DNA from: Marinilabiliaceae bacterium
GTDB taxonomy: Bacteria > Bacteroidota > Bacteroidia > Bacteroidales > VadinHA17
Direction: 5' to 3'
Assembly: GCA_036350795.1 (NCBI GenBank)
Contig: JAZBNV010000017.1
Coordinates: 7,941-71,940, forward strand
Length of the DNA stretch: 64,000 nucleotides
Both the position numbers and the translations under genes were made by a program. How positions within the stretch are numbered: the stretch's first letter is position 1; each line of letters begins with the position of its first letter. The notes below the pieces were generated by a model. The model worked only from the letters and a program-made list of their open reading frames with translations. It had not been told where the DNA came from and did not search any database. Of the stretch, positions 50,392-59,361 are shown one piece after another.

Positions 50392-51433
50392 AACACACTA
50401 TTTCTGGTTCTCCGGATATTGAATTTATTGAGTAACCATAAGCAATATTTCTTTCTATATTAATGGACATACGCTTTAACTCTCTATCTAATTTACAATG
50501 GATAATTGGGTTCAATTCCCAATCATATATAAGAATATGTTCTCCAGAAGTAAATTCTTTTCCCTTATCGGCAATAGAATTCCCAGAGTAAATAACGTAA
50601 AAATGATCTTCTGTCGCAATTAATGAATGGAATGCGAACTTTGTTTCCTTTGCATACACAGGAAATTTACCATTTAACTTGAATGTTGGATAGTAATATT
50701 CTTCACTAATAACTCTCTTCATTTTTCCATTAACTATCTTTCCAATTTCAATAATTCCTGCACTACCAGCCACCTTGACAAATTCAACATTATTTGGTCT
50801 TAGTGCCAATTCCCCTTGAAGCACAAAACCTCTGGTGAAGTCTGAGATAGATTCAAACTCTTTTGATTTAGGGTAATTAAGTGTTGAGATAATGTTTTTC
50901 GAATTCATATTGATCAAGATGAACTCACCATTTTCAAATGCACCTGTGCATAAAACCAAAGAATCATTAATGGGAATAGCTCTAAAAATGTTATAATCAA
51001 GTCTAACAACCTTGATGGAACCCAAGATTCCGTTAATAAGGTCTGAAATGGTATAAAATATAAGAGATCTGCTATTCACATCAAAAGTTGAAAAAATCGT
51101 ATTGCTATCTCTATTTAGTAAGTTAGGTTGCAATACTTCAAAAGGGCCTCTCCCTTTCTTAACACAGTTAATGATAGGTTGTCTTGTATTAATATTGTAT
51201 AGTCTATATACAAATTCTTCATACATATTATTAGTAACTAAAACTGAATCCATTATAAGTAAATCTATTATTGCACCGATTGAATCACTCTCAATTCGTG
51301 AAGGGAAATGTTTTAGTTTCTGAGTTCTTTTGAAATTATCTAGAACTGGATCATTGTATTTGGTATTACATCCATTTACCAATGCCATGAAAACAAACAG
51401 ACATATTACATGCAATTTCCTTATAATTCTCAT
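50372..51433 (-). CDS. 6-bladed beta-propeller lipoprotein (BF3164 / TolB-like propeller type)
   Basis: 353 aa. Lipobox ALVNGC. The KKGRGPFE motif resembles the G-x-GP-x-E signature of this Bacteroidales family. Repeated short beta-strand blocks. Confidence 0.6.
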   Translation of the reverse strand: MRIIRKLHVICLFVFMALVNGCNTKYNDPVLDNFKRTQKLKHFPSRIESDSIGAIIDLLIMDSVLVTNNMYEEFVYRLYNINTRQPIINCVKKGRGPFEVLQPNLLNRDSNTIFSTFDVNSRSLIFYTISDLINGILGSIKVVRLDYNIFRAIPINDSLVLCTGAFENGEFILINMNSKNIISTLNYPKSKEFESISDFTRGFVLQGELALRPNNVEFVKVAGSAGIIEIGKIVNGKMKRVISEEYYYPTFKLNGKFPVYAKETKFAFHSLIATEDHFYVIYSGNSIADKGKEFTSGEHILIYDWELNPIIHCKLDRELKRMSINIERNIAYGYSINSISGEPEIVCYELPNL

Positions 51434-51494
51434 ATATTCACTATTATTAGTATTAAGAATTTCAAAAAAGGCTGATAAAATTAATGTTGAGTAT

Positions 51495-51528
51495 TGCCGT
51501 TATTAATGCCGTTATTAATAACGGCATT
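51495..51528. repeat. Tandem 12-mer TGCCGTTATTAA x2 merging into a perfect 24-nt palindrome AATGCCGTTATTAATAACGGCATT
   Basis: Tandem copies at 51495-51506 and 51507-51518. The palindrome at 51505-51528 includes the GH92 stop codon. Confidence 0.9.
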
Positions 51529-53839
51529 ATTTTGATATTGAGAATGGGTAACTGCCTGGTTCTGTACCTCTTGATTTATTCGGAGTATTACTCATTCTAT
51601 AAGTAATTTTCCCTCCTTTTTGTAAGTCTGCATGTGTAATAAAGTTCTTATTATGTTTCTTACCATTAAAGAGTATCTTATCTGCATAGATATTTTCGTC
51701 AGAGTTCCCCGGCGCTTCGAGAATCATTTCTCTGCCATCTTCCATCTTCAGTGTAATCCTGTTGAAGAGGGGAGATCCGAAAACATATTCGTCGGTACCC
51801 GGGCAAACAGGGTAGAATCCCATTGCACTGAAAATATACCAGGCCGATGTCTGGCCGTTATCTTCGTCGCCGCAATAACCATCGGGTGTATAGTTATATA
51901 GTTTTGTCATTACTTCACGAGCCCTGGCCTGGCTTTTCCATGGTGCACCGGCAAAGTTGTAGAGGTAGAGCATATGCTGAATGGGCTGGTTGCCGTGGGC
52001 ATAGTTACCCATGTTCGCAATCTGCATTTCCCTTATTTCGTGTATTGGGAAGCCATAGTAAGAGGCATCGAACACAGGAGCTACCTCGAATACTGAATCC
52101 AGCTTTGCAACAAAGTTTTCATTACCTCCCATAAGGTCTATTAATCCCTGGATATCATGAAACACGCTCCATGTATAGTGCCAGCTGTTTCCCTCGGTAA
52201 AGGCGTCTCCCCATTTATAGGGGCTGAAAGGTGACTGGAAGGTTCCGTCCTCGTTTTTACCCCTCATCAAGGATCTTCCCGTATCAAACACATTTTTATA
52301 GTTCATTGCCCGCCCGGCATAGAGATCAATTTCTTCCTGCGGTTTTCCCAGCTCGCGGGCAAGTTCTGCAATACAGAAATCTGCATATGCATATTCAAGT
52401 GTGCGGGCTGTATTTTCCCTGATACCCACATCGTATGGCACATAACCCAGCTTATTATAATAATCTGCTCCGTAGCGGCCTACTGATTTTACGGGACCTA
52501 CACCGTTACTGTTCTTTACCATTGCCTCGTACAGGGTTTCTATATCGTAGCCCCTTATTCCCTTCAGGTATGAATCGGCAATAAGTGAGGCCGAGTTGGA
52601 TCCTATCATACAGTCACGATGTCCGGGACTGGCCCATTCCGGAAGCCATCCGCTTTCATTATAGGTATTTACCAGTCCCTGCATTATATGGCTGTTGAGC
52701 TCGGGGTAGAAGAGGGTAAAGAAGGGGAATACTGCCCTGAATGTGTCCCAGAAGCCATTGTCTGTAAACATATAGCCTGGAAGTACTTTTCCATTATAGG
52801 GACTGTAGTGAACAATATTTTCTGCTGAGTCTATTTCATAGAAACGCCTTGGGAATAGTAACACTCTGTAAAGGCATGAATAGAAGGTTCTTACCCTGTC
52901 GAAATTGCTGTCTTCAACCCTGAATCTCTGAAGTTCCATGTTCCAGGAGCTTTTAGCCTCTTTTTTTATTGTTTCAAAGTCACTGTCACCTATTTCGCGT
53001 TCAAGATTTAGTTTTGCCTGCTCGGGGCTGATAAAAGATGAAGCGACCTTTACAATAAGCTCTTCTCCTTCTGTCGTTTTAAAGCCTACAATTGCTCCAA
53101 CATGAAAGCCTTCATCTTCGAGAACGCCATGCTTTATTTCCCCTGCATTCCAGGTAGAACTTATTTCAAAATCCCTGTCAAATTCAAGCACAAAGTAATT
53201 ATGGAAGTTATCGGGTACTCCGCCGCTGTTGTTCCTGCAGAATCCTTCTATCCTTCTCTCTTCGGGCAGGATCTTTACCATAGAGCCTTTATTAAAGGCA
53301 TCCAGAAGTATAAATGAAGAGTCGTTTGCCGGGAAGGTGAACCTGAAAATGGCGGCTCTTTCAGTCGGGCTTATTTCTGCTGTTACATCGTAATCGGCCA
53401 GGTAAACAGAATAATAATAGGGTTTGGATATTTCGGCCTTATGCGAGAACCATGAGGCCCGTTCCTGCCCGTCAACCTTAAGAGTTCCTGTAAGGGGCAT
53501 CAATGAAAAGGCTGCATAGTCGTTAATCCAGGGACTTGGCTGGTGGGTTTGCTTTATGCCCTGTATTTTATAATCATCATAGGTATAAGCCCAGCCGTCT
53601 CCCATTCTTCTTGTCTGTGGTGTCCAGAAATTCATTCCCCAGGGTACTGCAATGGCCGGATAGGTATTTCCGTTCGACAGACTGAACTCTGAATCTGTAC
53701 CCATAAGGGGATTAACCAGCTCCACCGGATCAAAATCTTCTGCAGGAGCAGGTTGCATGCATGAACCAAGAGAAAGAAAAAGTCCGAATGATAATATTAT
53801 AAGGCTTATATCGCTTTTAGTGATTTTGATTTTTCTCAT
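51527..53839 (-). CDS. GH92-family alpha-mannosidase lipoprotein
   Basis: 770 aa. Lipobox SLGSC. GH92-typical N-terminal NPLMGTDSEFSLSNGNTYPAIAVPWGMNFWTPQT and a conserved catalytic-domain pattern. Confidence 0.9.
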   Translation of the reverse strand: MRKIKITKSDISLIILSFGLFLSLGSCMQPAPAEDFDPVELVNPLMGTDSEFSLSNGNTYPAIAVPWGMNFWTPQTRRMGDGWAYTYDDYKIQGIKQTHQPSPWINDYAAFSLMPLTGTLKVDGQERASWFSHKAEISKPYYYSVYLADYDVTAEISPTERAAIFRFTFPANDSSFILLDAFNKGSMVKILPEERRIEGFCRNNSGGVPDNFHNYFVLEFDRDFEISSTWNAGEIKHGVLEDEGFHVGAIVGFKTTEGEELIVKVASSFISPEQAKLNLEREIGDSDFETIKKEAKSSWNMELQRFRVEDSNFDRVRTFYSCLYRVLLFPRRFYEIDSAENIVHYSPYNGKVLPGYMFTDNGFWDTFRAVFPFFTLFYPELNSHIMQGLVNTYNESGWLPEWASPGHRDCMIGSNSASLIADSYLKGIRGYDIETLYEAMVKNSNGVGPVKSVGRYGADYYNKLGYVPYDVGIRENTARTLEYAYADFCIAELARELGKPQEEIDLYAGRAMNYKNVFDTGRSLMRGKNEDGTFQSPFSPYKWGDAFTEGNSWHYTWSVFHDIQGLIDLMGGNENFVAKLDSVFEVAPVFDASYYGFPIHEIREMQIANMGNYAHGNQPIQHMLYLYNFAGAPWKSQARAREVMTKLYNYTPDGYCGDEDNGQTSAWYIFSAMGFYPVCPGTDEYVFGSPLFNRITLKMEDGREMILEAPGNSDENIYADKILFNGKKHNKNFITHADLQKGGKITYRMSNTPNKSRGTEPGSYPFSISK

Positions 53840-54827
53840 CTTTTATATGTTTTGTTTTCTTTTTAAGTGTTCTTATTATAGTTACAATACTAAGTGCCAG
53901 AAAGCCGGCAGCGATGGTAAAAAAGACCTGTAAGCCGTTTATAAGTATGCCGTAGGCTATTCCTGTTTCTTCGTTCAGGTTAAACAGAATAAATAGCTGC
54001 AGAATAAAGAAATGTGATGTTCCTATGCCTCCGGGAGAAGGTATTGCCCATCCAATGGTGCCAATAAAGAGGGCTACCATAGCAAAATACAGGCTGAAAG
54101 ATTCGGTCGCAGGCAGCGACCTGAGTACAGCATAGTTCATCAGAATCATTACCCCCCAGATCAGGATTGTCTGGAGTGCAAAGTTCCGCGACTGTTTTAT
54201 TCTGAAGGTCATCTTCGCCGTTGACGCTACTCCCCGTGCAAAGTTTTTAATCCTGCCGGCCAGTCCGAATTTCCTTGCCAGCATCCACAGCAAAATGCCC
54301 ACCGCCAGTGCGGCGGCTATATATATTAAGATCACAAGTGCTCTGGACCCAATGCCTGCGAACAGGTTCTTAAAAGCATTTGCTACAAGAGATCCCAGCC
54401 TGTCTGACTCAAAAAACAGAATAATCAGGATTCCGGCTACAAGCGCTGCCAGGTCGTAAAACCGTTCTGATATAACTGTGCCGAAACTCTTCGAAGTTTC
54501 AATGCCTGAACTTTTCTCAATAGAGGTACACCTTACAACTTCACCGAGCTTCGGGGTAAAACTATTTACAAAAACCCCAAGAAGGTATGAATATGAAACG
54601 TCGGAAAATCCTGGCCTGGCGCCGGTGTTGTTAAGAAGCAGTTTCCATCTCAGTGATCTTAGCACAAAGACCAGGGCAAGAAAGATGCCACTTACTAAGA
54701 TCCAGTTCAGGTTCACTTCCTTAAGAAGCTTAAATATCTCATCAAGAGGCTTATTCCGCAAGGTAAGGTAAAGAAAAACTGAAGCCAGGAGAAGGCCTGT
54801 TACAGCATTAATAATATGCTTCCTCAT
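53817..54827 (-). CDS. UPF0104 / lysylphosphatidylglycerol-synthase-TM-like (flippase-like) membrane protein
   Basis: 336 aa with about 8 TM helices. The FTPKLGEVVRC-type motif is typical of the family. Its 3' end overlaps the GH92 start by 23 nt. Confidence 0.65.
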   Translation of the reverse strand: MRKHIINAVTGLLLASVFLYLTLRNKPLDEIFKLLKEVNLNWILVSGIFLALVFVLRSLRWKLLLNNTGARPGFSDVSYSYLLGVFVNSFTPKLGEVVRCTSIEKSSGIETSKSFGTVISERFYDLAALVAGILIILFFESDRLGSLVANAFKNLFAGIGSRALVILIYIAAALAVGILLWMLARKFGLAGRIKNFARGVASTAKMTFRIKQSRNFALQTILIWGVMILMNYAVLRSLPATESFSLYFAMVALFIGTIGWAIPSPGGIGTSHFFILQLFILFNLNEETGIAYGILINGLQVFFTIAAGFLALSIVTIIRTLKKKTKHIKDEKNQNH

Positions 54828-54877
54828 ATAGTACCCTGTTTATAGTACATACAAAGGATCAAATATAACAAATATGG

Positions 54878-55606
54878 CTATACCATTCCTTTTTCCCTGA
54901 GAGTATCGTAGAAGTGATTTTTGTAGCTGTCGCTTACAGGTATAATCTCTTTTCCTATTGATATCCTGTTTCTGCTTACACTATCAATTTTATTAATGGC
55001 AACCATGTAGGATTTATGTACCCTGATAAAATTCTTTTCGGGCAGTATTGATGACAGGGTCTTAAAGTTCTGAAGAGTCATGATTTTCTCCTTTACGGAA
55101 ATTATTCTCAGGTAATCGCCCTGTCCTTCCACCCATAGTATATCGTCGAAAAATACTTTCTGTAACCGGTTCTCTGTCTTGACAAAGAAGTACTTCTCTG
55201 AAGGGTTGGAGATAGTAACTTCTGAATACTTTCGTTTCTCAGGAAGAGGCCTGAGCTTATTATACACCTTATCAACAGCCTTAACAAATCTTTCGAACGA
55301 GATTGGTTTCATAAGGTAATCAGCTGCATTCAGTTCGAATCCTTCAACCGCATAATTATCGTGAGCGGTTGTAAAGATTACCTCAGGTCGTTTGTTTAGC
55401 GACTGAACAAGCTGGATACCTGTAAATGATTCCATCTGGATATCGAGGAACATCAGCTCCGGTTCTTCCCGTTTTATAAAATCAATCGAGTCGAGGGCGT
55501 TGTCAAATGTCTCAATCAGTTCAAGGAAAGGAACCTTTGAGATATAATCTGATATGATCTCCAGGGCCAGTGGCTCATCATCTATAGCTATACATCTTAA
55601 TTTCAT
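54878..55606 (-). CDS. LytTR-family two-component response regulator
   Basis: 242 aa. Receiver domain (MFLDIQMESFTG) plus a LytTR DNA-binding domain (FIRVHKSYMVAINKI). Confidence 0.9.
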   Translation of the reverse strand: MKLRCIAIDDEPLALEIISDYISKVPFLELIETFDNALDSIDFIKREEPELMFLDIQMESFTGIQLVQSLNKRPEVIFTTAHDNYAVEGFELNAADYLMKPISFERFVKAVDKVYNKLRPLPEKRKYSEVTISNPSEKYFFVKTENRLQKVFFDDILWVEGQGDYLRIISVKEKIMTLQNFKTLSSILPEKNFIRVHKSYMVAINKIDSVSRNRISIGKEIIPVSDSYKNHFYDTLREKGMV

Positions 55607-55621
55607 AACAATATATTAATA

Positions 55622-56647
55622 TCAATATTTACAGTCGAGAGATAATCTTACTTCATAAACGTCACTGTCCTTTTTTATTTGAAGCTTATGACAGTTTGGA
55701 TAAAGCAGCTCCAGTCGCCTGCGTGTATTCTGCATTCCAATTCCTTCTCCCATATGATTATTATGGGGCTCGGTAAGTATATAGTTTGTGACAGAGTACA
55801 TGATTTTACCTTCTTTTGCAGCGATCTTAAATTTTATTCCCGGTTTCCTGACTTTCCTTTTTGCATGTTTGAAGGCATTTTCGGCAAATGAGAGGAAGAC
55901 CATGGGAGGCACAACGTGGGTCGAAAAATTACCTTCAGTCTCTATTTCAATAAACCCGGGATCGCTCGATCTTAATCTCTCCAGCTCAATATAGTTGAAA
56001 AGTTGTTCAACTTCTTTCTCCATGGGTACCATCTGCGATTTGGAATCGTAGATAATATACCTCATTATTTCTGACAGCTTCATTACGGCTGCAGGAGCGT
56101 CGTCCGACTTTTTATAAACAAGCGAGTAAATATTGTTCAGGGTATTAAAGAAGAAATGCGGGTTTATCTGTGCTTTCAGCAGCTCAACCTCCATCTTATG
56201 CTCCTGCAATTCAAGCTCTGTGCTTCTTCTTTTGTCAGATGCCCAGTAGAGAGCAATTCTGACCAGCAGGGACAGGGCAACCATAAACACCATATTTACG
56301 GCCGTGCCGGCAAAGAACTTTGTGCCGTAAACATCGTGCTCATCAAAATTAAGATTCAGCATAGTGTCTACAGCAAATACAATCCCCACCTTAATTATTA
56401 TCAGGCCCGTTAAGGTTAAAAGGTATATGGCAATAGTGCTTAATACCTTCCCTTTTCGATAGATGGTTGCCGGTATAATAAGAATAAAGAAGGTGTAAAA
56501 TACTATCGGGTGGAAAATTGCTTCAAGAAAGTAAAAGATAAGGACGTTTTGTGGTAATTCTTTTGATGACAGCGAAATAAAAAAAGGAGCGACAATGACT
56601 ATCAGCCATATCACTATATGTATTGAAATAATTGCAAACCTGCGCAT
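55622..56647 (-). CDS. LytS/YehU-type sensor histidine kinase
   Basis: 341 aa. Multi-TM N-terminus, His_kinase motif LKAQINPHFFFNTLNNI, HATPase region. Confidence 0.85.
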   Translation of the reverse strand: MRRFAIISIHIVIWLIVIVAPFFISLSSKELPQNVLIFYFLEAIFHPIVFYTFFILIIPATIYRKGKVLSTIAIYLLTLTGLIIIKVGIVFAVDTMLNLNFDEHDVYGTKFFAGTAVNMVFMVALSLLVRIALYWASDKRRSTELELQEHKMEVELLKAQINPHFFFNTLNNIYSLVYKKSDDAPAAVMKLSEIMRYIIYDSKSQMVPMEKEVEQLFNYIELERLRSSDPGFIEIETEGNFSTHVVPPMVFLSFAENAFKHAKRKVRKPGIKFKIAAKEGKIMYSVTNYILTEPHNNHMGEGIGMQNTRRRLELLYPNCHKLQIKKDSDVYEVRLSLDCKY

Positions 56648-56905
56648 ACAACCTGACCTTATATTTTATTGTGTAAAAGTAGCGATTTTGATATTCCTTC
56701 AGCAAAAATAATCTGTGACCGGCCCTTTTTTCTCGGTAAGAGACTTCGCGGCAGATTATCCCTTGAATTAAGCTGTTTACAGATAAATAATCTTTGTAAG
56801 CAGAACAGATTTTAAGCAGTGATATGCAGGATTGATATTTGTGCTTATAATTCAGATTGTAGTGAAAAGCAAAAACCAAAGACTAACTATTAAAAAAGCC
56901 AGAAA

Positions 56906-59320
56906 ATGAAAAGAATAATTATTTGCCTTATGGCAGCAGCAATCACAGTTTATGGATTCGGGCAGCCCTCCATTGCAGGACAGGTAAGAGGAAGGGTACT
57001 CAATGGTGATAGCGGAGAGCCTTTTGCTAATGTAACAGTTGCTGTTTACAGTATGCCAGATTCAGCTACTGTGAGGGGGGTAGCATCCGGTCCGGATGGA
57101 ATATTTATTATTGATAAGCTGCCGGGCGGCGATTATATTCTAAGCTCAACTTTTGTAGGTTACAGGGGTAAAAGTTTCAGGTTTAATCTTTCGGAAGATA
57201 TCCCGGTATTTGACCTGGGCGATATAGTACTTACAGAAGCTGCCGGTGACCTGGGTAGTGTAAGCGTTGTGGCTATCAGGCCACAGATAATTTATAAGGA
57301 TAATAAAAAGATACTTAAAGTAAAGGAATTCCAGGATGCCGGTGCCACAACTCTTGCAGAGGTACTTGAGAATGCACCGTCTGTTACTCTTGATGCAGAA
57401 GGTAATGTATTGCTCAGGGGAAGTGGTAATTATACACTACTGATAGACGGGAAACCGGTTCCGGGTGTGGGGGTGAATATGCTAAGGCAGATTCCTCCTG
57501 AAATGGTTGAGGATGTTGAGATAATTACAAATCCATCAGCAAAGTATGATCCTGACGGGGTGACAGGTATTATTAACCTGGTATTAAAGAAGCAGACTGA
57601 ATCAGGAGTCAACGGCCAGGTAAGCCTTATGGCGGGACTGAAAGGCAAGTACAATGGTGATGCACAGTTTAATATACGGAAGGAGAAAATCAATTTTTAT
57701 GCGGGGCTTACAGGAACAAGCTATAATACCTCGGTAAAAGGAAACATCCTTCGCGAAATAAGTGATGCGGGGGGCGATAGTGAGGTTGATAATGATTTAT
57801 CACAGGCAACCAGGATAAGAACACTGGTGGGTAACCTCGGCATGGATTATACAATAAATGAAAGGAACAGTCTTACACTCTCGGGTCGATTCGGACCACA
57901 AAACATTAATGCTTTGCTTGATAATGGTATAGTTAGAACTCTGGATGATCCCGCTTTAAGTGGAAACTTTAATTTCTCAAATGATCTTCATGTTAATGGG
58001 ATATTCTATATGCCCTCTCTGACATGGGATCATAAGTTTAAAAAGGAGGGAAGTAAACTACAAAGCAATATATTTCTTGGTGGCTTCCAGGGAGAACTTG
58101 ACCAGGATCTTGTTGAAGAGGAGATGACAGCTGCGTGGGAACCTACAGGTAATCTAACCGATCAGAAGAAGATATCAAATGGTATGGACCTGAATGACCT
58201 AAGGATCAAGGCTGATTATGAAAACAGTTTTGAGGGTAAGGGCAAACTCGAGTTAGGATACCAGTACAGAAGACTTATGGAAAAGAATGACCAGGCAATG
58301 ACATATTTTGATATTCCGGGAGGAACCTGGCTTGAGGATACTGACTTCAGTAACGAGATGAATCTTGACAGGGTAATTCATGGAATATATGCTACATGGG
58401 GAGGTGACCCTGGTAAATTTAATTACCAGCTGGGCCTGAGAACTGAATATACAAATCGTTTGCTGCAGCAACTTGACAGTAATGAGGAGTATGGCTATGA
58501 GAAACTAAACCTTTTCCCTTCGGCAAGCTTTACACGTAAACTTAAGAATAACCAGAGTTTGCAGTTAAGCTACAGCAGGAGAGTTAACCGGCCTTCACGC
58601 TCGCAGCTCAATCCCTTTCCGCAGTATGCCGATAACCAGTTGATAGTAAGTGGTAATCCTGACCTTACTCCGGAGTTTATTGATTCGTACGAACTGGCTT
58701 ACCAGAACCAGCTTAAGACAGGCTTTCTTTCTGTAGAGGCTTACTACAGGAAGGTAAATGACCTTTTATCGGTTGTTATTACCCCTGAATCGGGAGGGCT
58801 TATGCGGCAACAGTTTATTAACGCCAATAGCTCTCATTCTGCAGGTAGTGAGCTGATGGTTAATATCCAGGCAGCACCATGGCTGAGAGTAATTGGCTCA
58901 GGAAACCTGTATTACTATAAGCTGGATGATGAACTGGTTTACGAGGAAAATGACAACAGCAGGGTAGTATGGACAGGTAACTTTACCTCGGTTTTTCTGC
59001 CCACCAAAACCACAAGGTTAACCCTGTCGGCAATATATAACGGCCCCAGTATTAGCGTTCAGGGGACACAGAATGCATCATATATGATTAATGGTGGTAT
59101 AAGGCAGTCCTTACTAAAGGATAAGGCAGCCCTTGCACTGAGTGTAAGGGATATATTCAAAACCTTTAAGATTGAGAATGTACTTTCAGGAGAGGGATAC
59201 CGTACTATAGCAACAGTAATTCCTGAGCAGCAGGTTGTAACGCTGACCTTTACCTACAATTTCAATAATTACAGGCAGAGGACACAGGCCGAGGATATGG
59301 ACCTTAATTTTATAAGATAG
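56906..59320 (+). CDS. TonB-dependent-receptor-like outer-membrane beta-barrel protein with CarboxypepD_reg domain
   Basis: 804 aa. Signal peptide, GRVLNGDSGEPFANVTVAV domain, plug-like region (VEIITNPSAKYDPDG), long barrel. Confidence 0.8.
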   Translation: MKRIIICLMAAAITVYGFGQPSIAGQVRGRVLNGDSGEPFANVTVAVYSMPDSATVRGVASGPDGIFIIDKLPGGDYILSSTFVGYRGKSFRFNLSEDIPVFDLGDIVLTEAAGDLGSVSVVAIRPQIIYKDNKKILKVKEFQDAGATTLAEVLENAPSVTLDAEGNVLLRGSGNYTLLIDGKPVPGVGVNMLRQIPPEMVEDVEIITNPSAKYDPDGVTGIINLVLKKQTESGVNGQVSLMAGLKGKYNGDAQFNIRKEKINFYAGLTGTSYNTSVKGNILREISDAGGDSEVDNDLSQATRIRTLVGNLGMDYTINERNSLTLSGRFGPQNINALLDNGIVRTLDDPALSGNFNFSNDLHVNGIFYMPSLTWDHKFKKEGSKLQSNIFLGGFQGELDQDLVEEEMTAAWEPTGNLTDQKKISNGMDLNDLRIKADYENSFEGKGKLELGYQYRRLMEKNDQAMTYFDIPGGTWLEDTDFSNEMNLDRVIHGIYATWGGDPGKFNYQLGLRTEYTNRLLQQLDSNEEYGYEKLNLFPSASFTRKLKNNQSLQLSYSRRVNRPSRSQLNPFPQYADNQLIVSGNPDLTPEFIDSYELAYQNQLKTGFLSVEAYYRKVNDLLSVVITPESGGLMRQQFINANSSHSAGSELMVNIQAAPWLRVIGSGNLYYYKLDDELVYEENDNSRVVWTGNFTSVFLPTKTTRLTLSAIYNGPSISVQGTQNASYMINGGIRQSLLKDKAALALSVRDIFKTFKIENVLSGEGYRTIATVIPEQQVVTLTFTYNFNNYRQRTQAEDMDLNFIR

Positions 59321-59361
59321 TTGGTTTCTTTGCAATTTCACACCTGGTGCGAACCCTGGGC

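Noticed and set aside
49145-51526. Mobile-element call for the low-GC cassette
   Set aside because: I found no integrase, transposase, relaxase or terminal inverted/direct repeats spanning both ends. Only the composition and the junction palindrome suggest foreign origin, so it is reported as a finding rather than annotated as a mobile element.
56523-56879. 118-aa minus-strand ORF across the kinase start and upstream spacer
   Set aside because: It overlaps the 5' end of the histidine kinase gene in another frame. The remainder covers the AT-rich regulatory spacer, and the composition looks non-coding.
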